Part shown: positions 1-10,109 of the stretch, piece after piece
Position numbering within the stretch: position 1 is the first letter of the stretch
How the letters are laid out: the number at the start of each line of letters is the position of its first letter
Source: Alphaproteobacteria bacterium
GTDB taxonomy: Bacteria; Pseudomonadota; Alphaproteobacteria; JAAXGF01
DNA: 31,044 bases
Assembly (NCBI GenBank): GCA_012267605.1
Contig: JAAXGF010000054.1
Location: forward strand, 1 to 31,044
Reading direction: 5' to 3'
Program-made: the position numbers and the translations under genes
Notes under the pieces: model-generated
Seen by the model: the letters and a program-made list of their open reading frames with translations, nothing else
Told to the model about the DNA's origin: nothing
The model's database searches: none

Positions 1-1187
1 GTGACCTTGGGCACCGTCGCCTCGGCGAAGGCAAAAAGCAATTTCGCTCCGTGGGTGATGATCGCGCCGTGTTCTTGGGCGACGCCCGGCAGGAACCCAG
101 GCACGTCGACGAAAGTCAGCAACGGAATGTTGAAACAGTCGCAGAAGCGGACAAACCGCGCAGCCTTGCGTGACGCGTCGATGTCTAGGCAGCCCGCCAA
201 CACGGTGGGTTGATTGGCGATCACGCCGACGGTCGACCCCGCGATGCGGGCGAGGCCAGTGAGGATATTGCGAGCAAATCCCGGCTTGACCTCGAAAAAA
301 TCACCCTCATCCACGACCTTCTCGATCAACTCCACCATGTCGTATGGCTTTTGCGGATCGTTTGGTACCAAGGAATCGAGCGAGGGCTCACATCTGTCCA
401 GCGTATCGTCGGTCGGACGGGTGGGCGGAGGTTCACGGTTCGAAGCCGGAAGGAAATCGAAAAACCGCCGTGCCTCAGCGAGCAAGGTGACATCATTTTC
501 GCAGCCCAAATCCGCGACCCCTGACTTTGTTGTATGGATCGTGGCGCCGCCAAGTTCCTCGTGGGTCACCGTCTCGTGGGTCACGGTTTTGACCACATCG
601 GGTCCGGTGACAAACATGTACGAAGTTCCCTGGGACATGAACACAAAATCGGTAATGGCCGGTGAATATACGGCGCCTCCGGCGCAGGGACCGGTGATCA
701 AGGAAATTTGCGGTACAACCCCCGAAGCCAACACGTTGCGTTGAAACACCTCGGCATACCCAGCGAGCGCCGCGACACCTTCTTGTATCCGCGCGCCACC
801 GGAATCGTTTAAACCGATAACCGGTGCGCCAACCTTCATTGCCCGATCCATTATGTTGCAAATCTTGGCCGCATGGGCTTCGCCGAGACTCCCGCCGATG
901 ACGGTAAAATCTTGGCTGAATACGAACACCAGACGGCCATTGATCGTGCCGTGGCCAGTAACGACGCCGTCCCCCGGGACAATCTGCTCGGCCATGCCGA
1001 AGTCTCGGCAGCGGTGAGTAACGAACATGCCCACCTCTTCGAAGGAATCCGGATCGAGAAGAAGTTCGAGGCGTTCGCGCGCGGTAAGCTTTCCCTTCGC
1101 GTGTTGGGCGTTTATGCGGCGTTCGCCACCGCCAAGTCGGGCTGCCTGGCGCTTTTCCTCCAGTTCCCTAATGACTTCGCGAGTCAT
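1..1187 (-). CDS. pccB: Acyl-CoA (propionyl-CoA) carboxylase carboxyltransferase beta subunit, 3' end outside window
   Basis: Not in the ORF track because it runs off the window. Manual translation from ATG at 1187 gives [56 protein letters not shown]..., still in frame at base 1 (...EATVPKVT), typical of PCC beta. Confidence 0.92.
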   Translation of the reverse strand, partial: MTREVIRELEEKRQAARLGGGERRINAQHAKGKLTARERLELLLDPDSFEEVGMFVTHRCRDFGMAEQIVPGDGVVTGHGTINGRLVFVFSQDFTVIGGSLGEAHAAKICNIMDRAMKVGAPVIGLNDSGGARIQEGVAALAGYAEVFQRNVLASGVVPQISLITGPCAGGAVYSPAITDFVFMSQGTSYMFVTGPDVVKTVTHETVTHEELGGATIHTTKSGVADLGCENDVTLLAEARRFFDFLPASNREPPPTRPTDDTLDRCEPSLDSLVPNDPQKPYDMVELIEKVVDEGDFFEVKPGFARNILTGLARIAGSTVGVIANQPTVLAGCLDIDASRKAARFVRFCDCFNIPLLTFVDVPGFLPGVAQEHGAIITHGAKLLFAFAEATVPKV

Positions 1188-1259
1188 GGCCGGTTCCGCC
1201 CCTCTTTGCTCCCCCTTGAGCAGATACCACCGCTGGCGGGTCCATGCCAGCGAGAATCG

Positions 1260-1991
1260 TTACTCATTCAATTTGTCATTTGAGTTCGTGCTTCGGCACA
1301 ACGTTAGGACCCGGGAGGCCGCCAGAACACACTGCCTCGAATCACGACGGCGCGCCTCTGCCTCCGAATCCCGACCCCAGTTCTCCGCCTGAAAGTCCTC
1401 GTCAAGTTGACACAGGGACCACAATGTATCGGCATCAATTCGCTTCTCCGCTAGAGCTAACGCGAGCACCAGGGAACCGCTTTCCGACGTCAAACGATGC
1501 AGCGCAGCAAGAGGAAAATCCTCGAATGTTGACACCACCTGGTGGAGGCGCGCAAGTGACGCGGCGGGTTGAGAGATCGGGAGAATTTGGGAGCGGGCGT
1601 GTAGCGACACGCCGTAGCGTTCCGACAGCCACAACAGAAGCGGTGACCACTGGGTTTCCTGTCGAGCCTTTAGTTTGGCTGGATGAGCGGCACGATGGCA
1701 CAATAGGTCTGACGCGGCGTAATCGGCCACCAATTTCACAACGTGAGCCCGTTCAACGGCGACTAGATCGATGGCCGAATTGGCGATTCTAGTCAGGGGC
1801 ATCGATGGGAAGGATATCGTCTTATCTTGGGCTTGCCACTCATCGGCGACCTCTTCGGCCAACGTCTTGATCGGCATAACGGCAGGGCGTTTGCCTGGCG
1901 TTTTTGCTGGAGTCCCATCGAGGGTCAGGGCATACCCACACATTGCCTTCGCAACCCCCGCCTGGCGGTAAAATCGCTTAATGGTCGTCAT
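1260..1991 (-). CDS. ATP12-family F1-ATPase assembly chaperone
   Basis: MTTIKRFY...LDG...TPGKRP, PSMPLTRIANSAID, SDLLCHRA, QLDEDFQAENWGRDSEA. Start placed at 1991 (overlaps the HAD stop) rather than 2129. Confidence 0.9.
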   Translation of the reverse strand: MTTIKRFYRQAGVAKAMCGYALTLDGTPAKTPGKRPAVMPIKTLAEEVADEWQAQDKTISFPSMPLTRIANSAIDLVAVERAHVVKLVADYAASDLLCHRAAHPAKLKARQETQWSPLLLWLSERYGVSLHARSQILPISQPAASLARLHQVVSTFEDFPLAALHRLTSESGSLVLALALAEKRIDADTLWSLCQLDEDFQAENWGRDSEAEARRRDSRQCVLAASRVLTLCRSTNSNDKLNE

Positions 1992-2676
1992 TCCCAGAAG
2001 GGGGGACCAACGCGCGTACCGCTGGAGGAAGATCGGCGGCGGACTCGGCAAGGGCATGGGCGCCGGCCCGGCGCAAGGCGTCCAGGCGATGGTAACCCCA
2101 GGTGACGCCGATCGCCGATGTACCTGCATTGCGCGCCATATTCATGTCGAAAGTGGTATCGCCAATCAATGCGGTCGTCTCTGGCGTCGCGCAGGTTTCT
2201 GCCATGGCCTGCCGCAACATCGTGGGATGTGGCTTGCTAGGGGCCGTATCGGTGGTCTGTAGCGTCGCGAAACGGTCCAATAGGTGCAAGCGCGTCAGCG
2301 TGGCCCGCAATCCATTGGTGCTTTTCCCGGTAGCGATACCAAGCGTGTATTCCTCGGCTGACAGGGTGTCGAGTACTTCGACCACGCCGGGATAAGTTAC
2401 CTCCTCGTGGTCACCGCGTGAACGAAGCTCGGCGAACGCCGATTTATACGCCGCGCGAATGGCCACCCGTCGCTCCGTTGGGCATTGGGGTGCGAGGATG
2501 GCGATAGCCTCGTCCAAAGACAAGCCGACTACGCCGCGCACTCGCGCCGCGTCTGGAGCCGGCCAATCATTCGCGTGAAATGCCGCCACCATTGACTCGA
2601 CGATGGTGTGTTGGCTGTCCACCAACGTGCCATCGCAATCGAACACGATTAGCCCGCGCATGCCATCACCACGCAA
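1978..2676 (-). CDS. HAD-IA family hydrolase (phosphoglycolate phosphatase-like)
   Basis: Motif I FDCDGTLVDS, IATGKS, SKPHP, IGDTTFD. Start could be 2661 (MRGLIV). Confidence 0.9.
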   Translation of the reverse strand: MRGDGMRGLIVFDCDGTLVDSQHTIVESMVAAFHANDWPAPDAARVRGVVGLSLDEAIAILAPQCPTERRVAIRAAYKSAFAELRSRGDHEEVTYPGVVEVLDTLSAEEYTLGIATGKSTNGLRATLTRLHLLDRFATLQTTDTAPSKPHPTMLRQAMAETCATPETTALIGDTTFDMNMARNAGTSAIGVTWGYHRLDALRRAGAHALAESAADLPPAVRALVPPSGNDDH

Positions 2677-2682
2677 GTACCG

Positions 2683-3654
2683 TCACTGAAAACTGACATC
2701 GCCCGATTCGGCCGTTCCCGGATCGAATCCGAAATGATGCCATGAAACACGCAACTCGTCAGGTAGGGGGGCACGCAAGACTAAATCTTTTCCGCTCGCC
2801 AGTCCCGTCATGGCGATTTCGCGGGCATGAAGGTGGAGACGGTGGGCGACGCCAGGAAGAAACGCGGCGGCGCGTCCATATTTACCGTCACCGAGGATGG
2901 GCGTACCCAATGCAGCGCAGTGAACACGTAGTTGGTGGGTACGACCAGTCGACGGCATGAGCGCGAGCCACGCAGACGTGTGGCCGGCGCTGTCCACCAC
3001 GGAGTATTCTGTCAACGCGTTCTTACCTGCATGGGTTGCAGGGACCATGCGCTCACTACCCGCACTCCCCCGTTTCGCAAGGGGAATGCTAATACGTCCT
3101 TGGTTACCTGACGGTCGACCAACAACCAGTGCCCAGTAAATTTTGCGCACCTTGCGAGTTCGAAATGCCTGGCCCAATACACGCGCCACGGCTGCCGTGC
3201 GCGCCAACACAAGAACCCCGCTGGTGTCCCGATCCAGTCTGTGAACCAAACGTGGACGCTCCACCGCGTCAAATCGCAATGCGTCGAGCATAGCGTCGAT
3301 ATGCCGGTGTGTCTTGCTGCCGCCCTGAACCGCTAAGCCCGCGGGCTTGTCGATAACGATAATGTCCTGATCTTGGTGGAGAATGCGAGATCGAATGAAC
3401 GCACGGTCACTGGGCGTGACGGATGGTGCCGGGGGTGTGGTGACGTCCAGGTCGATCGGGGGAACGCGAACGCGCTGGCCTGCGGAGAGTCGTTGTCCTG
3501 CCTTCGCGCGGTCGCCGTCAACTCGTATTTTCCCGGTCCGCAAGAGCTTTTCCAAATGTCCGTGGCCGACGCCTGGAAAATTTCGGCGAAACCAACGATC
3601 CAGGCGCACACCAGTATCGTTGTCCTTGACCTCGCGCAACTCAACGCGCCCCAT
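2683..3654 (-). CDS. RluA-family 23S rRNA pseudouridine synthase with S4 domain (RluC-like)
   Basis: RLDRWF (S4 domain), IDKPAGLAVQGG, catalytic HRLDRDTSG, GRTHQLRVH, ILGDGKYG. Start moved to ATG 3654 (MGRVEL), just after the rarA stop. Confidence 0.93.
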   Translation of the reverse strand: MGRVELREVKDNDTGVRLDRWFRRNFPGVGHGHLEKLLRTGKIRVDGDRAKAGQRLSAGQRVRVPPIDLDVTTPPAPSVTPSDRAFIRSRILHQDQDIIVIDKPAGLAVQGGSKTHRHIDAMLDALRFDAVERPRLVHRLDRDTSGVLVLARTAAVARVLGQAFRTRKVRKIYWALVVGRPSGNQGRISIPLAKRGSAGSERMVPATHAGKNALTEYSVVDSAGHTSAWLALMPSTGRTHQLRVHCAALGTPILGDGKYGRAAAFLPGVAHRLHLHAREIAMTGLASGKDLVLRAPLPDELRVSWHHFGFDPGTAESGDVSFQ

Positions 3655-3661
3655 CGGCAGG

Positions 3662-4960
3662 TTATCGCTCGCTGTCGTTCGATCGGCTGCGCAAGCGCTG
3701 CCAGTAGGACAAGCGCTTGGCGACCTCGCGCTCGAAGCCGCGTTCCGCCGGTGTGTAGTAACTCTTACGGGCGATGCGGTCGGGAAAGTAGTTCTGACCA
3801 GAGAAACCCTCGGATGTGTCGTGGTCATATTGGTAGTCGGCTCCGTATCCTAACTCTTTCATTAGGCCAGTCGGCGCATTCAATATGTGTTTGGGTGGCA
3901 TCAGTGAACCCATGGTGCGGGCGTCGCGTTGGGCCGCGCCATATGCTCGGTAAACCGCGTTGGACTTGGGCGCAACCGCTAGGTAGACGACGCATTGTGC
4001 CAAGGCCAATTCGCCTTCGGGAGAGCCGAGAAAATGGTAAGCATCGCGGCTGGCGATCGCGTGCACGAGTGCTTGTGGATCAGCCAGTCCGATATCCTCG
4101 GTCGCGAAACGCACTAGCCTGCGGGCCACATAGAGAGGGTCTTCGCCAGCCGCCAGCATGCGTGCCAGCCAATAGAGAGCGGCATCCGGGTCGGATCCGC
4201 GCAACGACTTATGCAAGGCACTAATGAGATTGAAATGACTCTCTTGAGCTTTGTCGTATAAGGGTACGCGTCGTTGCAAACGTTCGGCGAGAGCGGCGGC
4301 ATCGAGCTTCACGTCTGGTGGTTGGAGAAATAGATCCTCGGCAAGGTTTAGCACGTAACGCCCGTCGCCATCAGCCATCTCACGCAAAGCGCGTCGACCA
4401 TCCTGGGTCAACGGTAGGGCTTCGTTCAATGTTGATTCAGCGCGGGTGAGGAGTTGCTCGAGCGCTTGGTCGTCCAAGCGCCGCAGTACGAAAACTTGGC
4501 AGCGGGACAAAAGCGCGCCGTTTAGCTCGAACGACGGGTTTTCAGTGGTCGCGCCAACGAGAATGACCGTGCCGTCCTCAACAAACGGAAGAAATCCGTC
4601 TTGCTGGGCCCGGTTGAAGCGGTGAATCTCATCGACGAACAACAGCGTGCCTTGCCCCAATTCGCGCCGTTCGCGGGCTCGGTCGAATACCTTGCGCAAA
4701 TCAGCGACACCCGAAAAAACCGCTGACAGCGGCTCGAAGATCAACGCCGATTCGGTCGCAAGAAGCCGGGCAATCGTGGTTTTGCCGCATCCCGGTGGAC
4801 CCCACAGTACCATGGAAGCGAGGCGACCGCCGTCGCGCTCAGGGCTAAGCGGTCCGTCGTCGCGCAACAGATGATCCTGTCCGACTACGGCGTCGAGATT
4901 GTCAGGTCGCAGTCGATCCGCAAGTGGGCGTGGTGCTTGGTCTTCGAAGAGTGTGGCCAT
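3662..4960 (-). CDS. rarA: Replication-associated recombination protein A (AAA+ ATPase, MgsA/RarA)
   Basis: PLADRLRP, Walker [10 protein letters not shown], Walker [31 protein letters not shown]. Confidence 0.96.
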   Translation of the reverse strand: MATLFEDQAPRPLADRLRPDNLDAVVGQDHLLRDDGPLSPERDGGRLASMVLWGPPGCGKTTIARLLATESALIFEPLSAVFSGVADLRKVFDRARERRELGQGTLLFVDEIHRFNRAQQDGFLPFVEDGTVILVGATTENPSFELNGALLSRCQVFVLRRLDDQALEQLLTRAESTLNEALPLTQDGRRALREMADGDGRYVLNLAEDLFLQPPDVKLDAAALAERLQRRVPLYDKAQESHFNLISALHKSLRGSDPDAALYWLARMLAAGEDPLYVARRLVRFATEDIGLADPQALVHAIASRDAYHFLGSPEGELALAQCVVYLAVAPKSNAVYRAYGAAQRDARTMGSLMPPKHILNAPTGLMKELGYGADYQYDHDTSEGFSGQNYFPDRIARKSYYTPAERGFEREVAKRLSYWQRLRSRSNDSER

Positions 4961-4980
4961 GGCGGTCGCGCCCGGCGCGC

Positions 4981-5400
4981 CTATTCCTCGGTTTCGTCTT
5001 CCTTAGTCTGGATCGGGCCGGAGTCTATCCCCTTGGCGTCTATATCCCGGTCGACGAATTCGATAACCGCGATTGGCGCCGAATCACCGTAGCGATATCC
5101 GTTGCGGAGCACCCGGGTATAGCCACCCTTTCGTTCCGCGTAGCGTGGCCCCAAAGTGACGAAGAGTTTGTCGGCCATTTTTCCATCGCGAAGAATGGAT
5201 ATGGCGCGACGTCGGGCATGTAGACTCCCGCGTTTTCCTAAGGTCACCAGCTTTTCAACGACTGGGCGCAGCGCCTTCGCCTTCGGCAATGTGGTGGTTA
5301 TTTGTTCGTGCTTGATGAGCGCGCATGCCATGTTCGCGAACAAGGCCTTGCGGTGCGCCGATGTTCGGTTGAGTTTCTTTCCGGCAAGCCCGTGGCGCAT
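4981..5400 (-). CDS. rplQ: 50S ribosomal protein L17
   Basis: MRHG...[31 protein letters not shown]; follows rpoA. Confidence 0.98.
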   Translation of the reverse strand: MRHGLAGKKLNRTSAHRKALFANMACALIKHEQITTTLPKAKALRPVVEKLVTLGKRGSLHARRRAISILRDGKMADKLFVTLGPRYAERKGGYTRVLRNGYRYGDSAPIAVIEFVDRDIDAKGIDSGPIQTKEDETEE

Positions 5401-5444
5401 AATTTATTCTCCCGATTCCGCCGGTTTCCTTAGTGCCGTATGGC

Positions 5445-6461
5445 TTAATACGGTTCTTCGAGGCGCTTGGCTAGTTCCTCAACATTTTCGGGCGGCCAAC
5501 TGGTGATTTCCATGCCCAAATGCAAGCCCATTTGGGACAAGACCTCCTTGATTTCGTTGAGCGACTTGCGGCCAAAATTGGGTGTTCGCAACATCTCGGC
5601 TTCGCTCTTCTGCACCAAATCGCCGATATAGACGATGTTGTCGTTTTTGAGGCAATTTGCCGAGCGCACGGAAAGTTCCAACTCGTCGACCTTGCGTAAC
5701 AAATTCGGATTGAACGCAGGCTCCGGACCACCTTCGTCGCGCTGGACTGCCTGTGGTTCTTCGAAATTTATGAACAGCTGGAGTTGATCTTGCAGAATAC
5801 GCGCCGCCAATCCGACCGCGTCCTCTGGACGAACCACTCCGTTCGTTTCGACTTGCATGGACAGCTTGTCATAGTCGGTCACCTGACCGACACGGGTATT
5901 TTCCACCTTGTAAGCTACTTTTCGTACGGGACTGTATATAGCGTCCACTGGTATGAGCCCAATGGGCGAGTCCTCTGGTCGGTTCTGTGTCGCAGGAACA
6001 TAACCCTTCCCTGTTTCGACAGTGAATTCCATGTTCAACTTCGTCCCCGAATCAAGCGTACATAGCATGTGATCGGAATCCATGATTTCGATATCATGGC
6101 CCGTCTCGATCATGCCGGCCGTGACCTCGCCTGGTCCAACGGATTTTAAGGACATCTTTTTGGGACCTTCGCCGTGCATACGCAAAGCCATCGACTTGAT
6201 GTTGAGAACAATGTCCGTCACATCCTCGCGAACACCGGGAATCGACGAAAACTCGTGCAATACACCGTCGATATGTACCGACGTTACGGCCGCACCCTGT
6301 AGAGATGACAGCAGGATGCGGCGCAGCGCATTGCCCAGAGTGATGCCGAACCCACGTTCGAGAGGTTCAGCCACGACGACGGCCTGGCGCGCGGGATTGA
6401 TTCCGGGCGCAATCTCCAGGCGCGACGGTTTGATCAGTTCCTTCCAGTTTTTTTGGAGCAC
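5445..6461 (-). CDS. rpoA: DNA-directed RNA polymerase subunit alpha (GTG start)
   Basis: [58 protein letters not shown]. Confidence 0.99.
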   Translation of the reverse strand: MLQKNWKELIKPSRLEIAPGINPARQAVVVAEPLERGFGITLGNALRRILLSSLQGAAVTSVHIDGVLHEFSSIPGVREDVTDIVLNIKSMALRMHGEGPKKMSLKSVGPGEVTAGMIETGHDIEIMDSDHMLCTLDSGTKLNMEFTVETGKGYVPATQNRPEDSPIGLIPVDAIYSPVRKVAYKVENTRVGQVTDYDKLSMQVETNGVVRPEDAVGLAARILQDQLQLFINFEEPQAVQRDEGGPEPAFNPNLLRKVDELELSVRSANCLKNDNIVYIGDLVQKSEAEMLRTPNFGRKSLNEIKEVLSQMGLHLGMEITSWPPENVEELAKRLEEPY

Positions 6462-6556
6462 GGATGCGACCCCTTAATCATTAATCGTGACGCGGACGTA
6501 TTTCCGCAGCGAAATTCGGTGGCGATACCCGGGATGCCTCCCAGGTGATGTACGCC

Positions 6557-6949
6557 CTATACCCGGCGCCGTTTCGGCGACCGGCAACCATTGTGAGGAA
6601 TGGGCGTGACGTCGCGGATGGCGGTAATGGTAAAACCTACGGCCTGGAGCGCCCGCAACGCGGATTCTCGCCCCGATCCGGGTCCCTTAACCTCGATCTC
6701 CAACGTCCGCATACCATGCTCTTGGGCCTTGCGGCCCGCATCCTCGGCCGCCATTTGGGCGGCGTATGGGGTTGATTTTCGTGACCCCTTGAATCCTTGC
6801 CCGCCCGCTGACGACCAGGCGATTGTATTTCCTTGAGCGTCGGTAATAGTAATGATGGTGTTGTTGAAGGTAGCGTTCACATGGGCGACTCCGGAGGTAA
6901 TATTTTTTCTCTCGCGCCGCTTAACCCGGACTGTCGCTTCTCTAGCCAT
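6557..6949 (-). CDS. rpsK: 30S ribosomal protein S11
   Basis: [40 protein letters not shown]. Confidence 0.99.
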   Translation of the reverse strand: MAREATVRVKRRERKNITSGVAHVNATFNNTIITITDAQGNTIAWSSAGGQGFKGSRKSTPYAAQMAAEDAGRKAQEHGMRTLEIEVKGPGSGRESALRALQAVGFTITAIRDVTPIPHNGCRSPKRRRV

Positions 6950-6958
6950 ATTTTCCCC

Positions 6959-7327
6959 CTACTTTTTCTTACCGGCAATCGGTCGTGCGGGACCCTTGCG
7001 AGTGCGCGCATTGGTGTGCGTGCGTTGCCCTCTGACCGGAAGGCCGCGGCGATGGCGCAATCCACGATAGCAGCCAAGATCCATTAACCGCTTGATGTTC
7101 ATAGCGATTTCGCGACGCAGATCACCTTCGACCGAATAATCTTGGTCAATGATTTCGCGTATTCGAATTACCTCCGAATCTGTCAGTTCGTTTACGCGCC
7201 GCTCGGTCGGAATACCCACGCTTTGGCATATTTGACGCGACTTGCTGCGCCCAATACCAAATATGTACGTCAAAGCGATCTCAACCCGTTTGCTGGTGGG
7301 TATGTTGACACCGGCGATGCGCGCCAC
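6959..7327 (-). CDS. rpsM: 30S ribosomal protein S13
   Basis: [37 protein letters not shown]. Confidence 0.99.
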   Translation of the reverse strand: MARIAGVNIPTSKRVEIALTYIFGIGRSKSRQICQSVGIPTERRVNELTDSEVIRIREIIDQDYSVEGDLRREIAMNIKRLMDLGCYRGLRHRRGLPVRGQRTHTNARTRKGPARPIAGKKK

Positions 7328-7441
7328 GGGCAGATCCCCTCAAATTTCAAAAAATTGAAACTCGTGATCCGGGAGGACGATTCGAGACAACATAAAACGA
7401 CGGCCCCTGAAACAGTGGCCGCACAGACCGAATGCCGACGG

Positions 7442-7469
7442 ATTATAGAAATCGCCTATAGTCTGTCAA
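7442..7469 (-). promoter_or_regulatory. sigma70 promoter of the alpha operon (rpsM)
   Basis: Minus strand reads TTGACA (7469-7464), 16-nt spacer, TATAAT (7447-7442); perfect hexamers about 115 nt upstream of rpsM. Confidence 0.85.
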
Positions 7470-7555
7470 TGCTCTCGATGGCCTCTTGATTGGGATTTTT
7501 CGGTTCCGGCACTGCGGATGGCTGCAATTTCCAAATTTGCCACAGGTGTACTCGC

Positions 7556-7585
7556 TTGACAGCGGGCGCTTTCGGAATCTACCAT
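7556..7585 (+). promoter_or_regulatory. Candidate sigma70 promoter for the wHTH/RfaH-like operon
   Basis: TTGACA (7556-7561), 18-nt spacer, TACCAT (7580-7585), in the divergent intergenic region. The spacer is one base longer than optimal. Confidence 0.55.
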
Positions 7586-7593
7586 GCGCTTAA

Positions 7594-7642
7594 GTTCACG
7601 ATATGAACATGTTCGGAATTTGAACAAGTTCAATATGTGAAC
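7594..7642. repeat. Three tandem 17-bp-period palindromes GTTC-N7-GAAC (candidate operator array)
   Basis: GTTCACGATATGAAC (7594-7608), GTTCGGAATTTGAAC (7611-7625), GTTCAATATGTGAAC (7628-7642). Confidence 0.8.
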
Positions 7643-7749
7643 GATTTTCGTATCATCGTGTTGAATAGGCGGATGGGCAATACACAGTATTTTTTCCTCT
7701 CAACCGGACGTTCACTACAACTTCTATCGGCGAATGATCGGAGTCATCG

Positions 7750-8361
7750 ATGTCAGTGAGTAAGGCGGACGATGCCGCCGCCCAAATTACCTTGAATGTG
7801 CTCACTGCAGTTGAGGGCAACAGCCGGGTTTCGCAACGGGCGCTTGCTCGCCGGTTGGGTATCGCTCTCGGGCTGGTCAACGCCTATCTGAAGCGTTGCG
7901 TGAAGAAAGGCTACATCAAGGTTAAGCAAATCCCGCCCAATCGGTACGGTTATTATTTGACGCCAAAGGGATTCTCGGAAAAAAGCAGGCTTACCGTAAA
8001 ATACTTGTCGGTCTCGTTTGGATTCTTTCGTCAGGCGCGTCAGCAATGTCACGAGCAGCTTCACCATGCTTGGGCAAACGGTTGGCGACGCGTGTGCTTG
8101 GTCGGTGCGGGGGACTTGGCGGACATCGCCGCTTTGTGTGCCCGCGACGCGGCGCCGGATTTGACTATTGTACATTGCCCAGAACCGGATTCTGCGCCCG
8201 TATGTCCAGGTTCCGTCGACGCTGTCATGATCGTCGACGTGGTTGCGCCACAAGCGGCCTATGATGCCATCGCCGTATCGTATCCAAGTGAGCAAATTCT
8301 GGCGCCAGCAATGCTCAACATTTCCCGCGCAGCGCCCGTGGCCAAGAAGAGGGGCACATGA
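7750..8361 (+). CDS. MarR-type winged-helix transcriptional regulator (EPS-locus-associated type) with C-terminal Rossmann-like domain
   Basis: SQRALARRLGIALGLVNAYLKRCVKKGYIKV, YYLTPKGFSEKSRLT; C-terminal VCLVGAGDLA. Confidence 0.85.
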   Translation: MSVSKADDAAAQITLNVLTAVEGNSRVSQRALARRLGIALGLVNAYLKRCVKKGYIKVKQIPPNRYGYYLTPKGFSEKSRLTVKYLSVSFGFFRQARQQCHEQLHHAWANGWRRVCLVGAGDLADIAALCARDAAPDLTIVHCPEPDSAPVCPGSVDAVMIVDVVAPQAAYDAIAVSYPSEQILAPAMLNISRAAPVAKKRGT

Positions 8362-8861
8362 GGCGCTGGTACGTGGTGCACACCCACGCTGGGGCGGAGC
8401 GTAAGGCATTAAGCCACCTTCGAAGGCAACAATTTACTGCCTATCTTCCCCAGTATTTGAAACAGCGGCGCCACGCGCGCCGCGTCGAGCGGGTAGCTGC
8501 GCCGTTGTTCCCGAGGTATTTATTTGTTGCAATGGATTTGGAACGAAGCCGTTGGCGCGCTGTCCAGTCGACCCGCGGCGTGAAAAACGTGGTTTGCGGT
8601 GGCGAGCGCCCAGTCGCTCTTCCATCCGGATTCGTCGAACACATTCGTAATTGCGAGGATCCTGGTGGATTCGTTCTGCTCAGCGCGGTGACTCCCTTGC
8701 ACGAGGGTCAACCGGTGCGCATCATGCATGGTGCGTTCGCCGACCTCGTGGGCTTGTTGGAAAGTTCGCGTGACGACGAAAGGGTTGTCGTACTGCTCGA
8801 ACTACTCGGCAGGGAAGTACGCTTGCGCCTTCCGAGAGCGGCAATATCCGTCGCCGCGTAG
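8358..8861 (+). CDS. rfaH: NusG-paralog transcription antiterminator (RfaH-like)
   Basis: NGN domain WYVVHT...PLFPRYLFV...WRAVQSTRGV plus KOW GQPVRIMHGAFADLVG. ATGA overlap with the wHTH gene; precedes glycosyltransferases. Orthology to enterobacterial RfaH is not proven. Confidence 0.85.
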   Translation: MRRWYVVHTHAGAERKALSHLRRQQFTAYLPQYLKQRRHARRVERVAAPLFPRYLFVAMDLERSRWRAVQSTRGVKNVVCGGERPVALPSGFVEHIRNCEDPGGFVLLSAVTPLHEGQPVRIMHGAFADLVGLLESSRDDERVVVLLELLGREVRLRLPRAAISVAA

Positions 8862-8908
8862 GCAAGGTCGGGGCCGTGGAATAGGTTTCGGACCGATGGC
8901 ACCCGGAC

Positions 8909-8920
8909 TGCGGTAGCCTG
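8909..8920 (+). promoter_or_regulatory. ops-like pause/RfaH-recruitment element
   Basis: TGCGGTAGCCTG versus consensus GGCGGTAGnnTG (one mismatch; core GCGGTAGC intact), 21 nt upstream of the first glycosyltransferase. Confidence 0.65.
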
Positions 8921-8941
8921 CGCAAAACGGGATAGAACAAA

Positions 8942-10069
8942 ATGAAAATCGTCTTTCTCGCTCGTTCTCTCGGCCTGGGAGGCGCCGAAAGTCAGCTGGT
9001 GACGTTGGCTGCCGGACTGAAACGGCGCGGGCACAAGGTTTCGGTGTTCATTTTCTATAACGAAAACGCATTTGCGGCAGAGCTTGCGCAAGTGGGCGTA
9101 TCGGTTCGTTCACTGGCCAAAAAGGGTCGTTGGGACGTGTTCCCCTTCTTGCGGCGGCTCTTGCGCGGGTTGCGCCGTGAACGACCGGATATTATTCACG
9201 GCTATCTTCCTGTGCCCAACATTTTGATCGGTATGATGAAGCCGTTCCTGAAGGGTGTGAAGTCAGTATTCGGTGTCCGCGCGTCCAATCTTGAGCTCAA
9301 GAAGTACGATTGGTTGACCCGCCTTTCCTACCGTTTTGAGGCCGATTTCGCGCAGTGGTGTGATTCGATCGTGGCTAATTCGGAAACCGGCCGCGCACGT
9401 GCGGAAAAACTCGGTTTTCCGGTGGAGCGAATGGTCGTCATACCCAATGGCATCGATACGGACAGATTCCGTCCTGATTCGGATGCGCGAGCGCGGATTC
9501 GCGCCGAAATTGGGGTGGGAGATGGCACACCAGTTGTGGGACTCGTCGCCCGTCTCGATCCGATGAAGGACCATCCAAATTTTCTGCATGCGGCGGCGGA
9601 ATTTTGTAAACGCGTTCCAAACGTAAAATTTGTTTGTGTTGGCGATGGTTTCCCCGCCTATCGGGAATATTTAGAAAAACTTTCTATTCGGCTTGGTTTG
9701 GTAAAACCAATTGTGTGGATGGGAAGGCGCGAAGACGTCGCCGCTATCTTCAACGGATTTGATGTCGCAACTCTGTCGTCGTTGAGCGAGGGATTTCCTA
9801 ATTGCTTAGCTGAAGCTATGGCCTGCGGCGTGCCCTGCGTCACCACAGATGTTGGCGACGCGGCGCGAATTGTTGGCGATACCGGGATCATTGTGCCGCC
9901 CCGGCAGTCCGTCGTGCTGGCCAAAGGCTGGTTCGATATGTTGCGCCGAATACGCGACGAAGGGTCAGGATTGCGAGAGGCTGTGCGTCGTCGCATAGTT
10001 ACGGAATTTAGTCGGGGATCGCTGGTTGTTCGTACTGAACGGCATCTTCGCGAGCTAATTGCAGGTTAG
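8942..10069 (+). CDS. GT4 family glycosyltransferase
   Basis: N-terminal GLGGAE, VIPNGID, VARLDPMKDH, SSLSEGFPNCLAEAMACGVPCVTTDVG (EX7E). Confidence 0.93.
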   Translation: MKIVFLARSLGLGGAESQLVTLAAGLKRRGHKVSVFIFYNENAFAAELAQVGVSVRSLAKKGRWDVFPFLRRLLRGLRRERPDIIHGYLPVPNILIGMMKPFLKGVKSVFGVRASNLELKKYDWLTRLSYRFEADFAQWCDSIVANSETGRARAEKLGFPVERMVVIPNGIDTDRFRPDSDARARIRAEIGVGDGTPVVGLVARLDPMKDHPNFLHAAAEFCKRVPNVKFVCVGDGFPAYREYLEKLSIRLGLVKPIVWMGRREDVAAIFNGFDVATLSSLSEGFPNCLAEAMACGVPCVTTDVGDAARIVGDTGIIVPPRQSVVLAKGWFDMLRRIRDEGSGLREAVRRRIVTEFSRGSLVVRTERHLRELIAG

Positions 10070-10109
10070 ATCCGTCAATGGACGTTCGGGTCAAGCGTTA
10101 AGGCCAATC

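Noticed and set aside
1407-1412. TTGACA hexamer
   Set aside because: Inside the ATP12 gene on the opposite strand, with no convincing downstream gene.
7594-7642. LexA (SOS) boxes
   Set aside because: The alphaproteobacterial box is the direct repeat GTTC-N7-GTTC and the Gram-positive box is GAAC-N4-GTTC. The spacings here are GTTC-N7-GAAC and GAAC-N2-GTTC, so neither fits.
7594-7642. Mini CRISPR array
   Set aside because: The 17-bp period leaves no room for spacers, and there are no cas genes.
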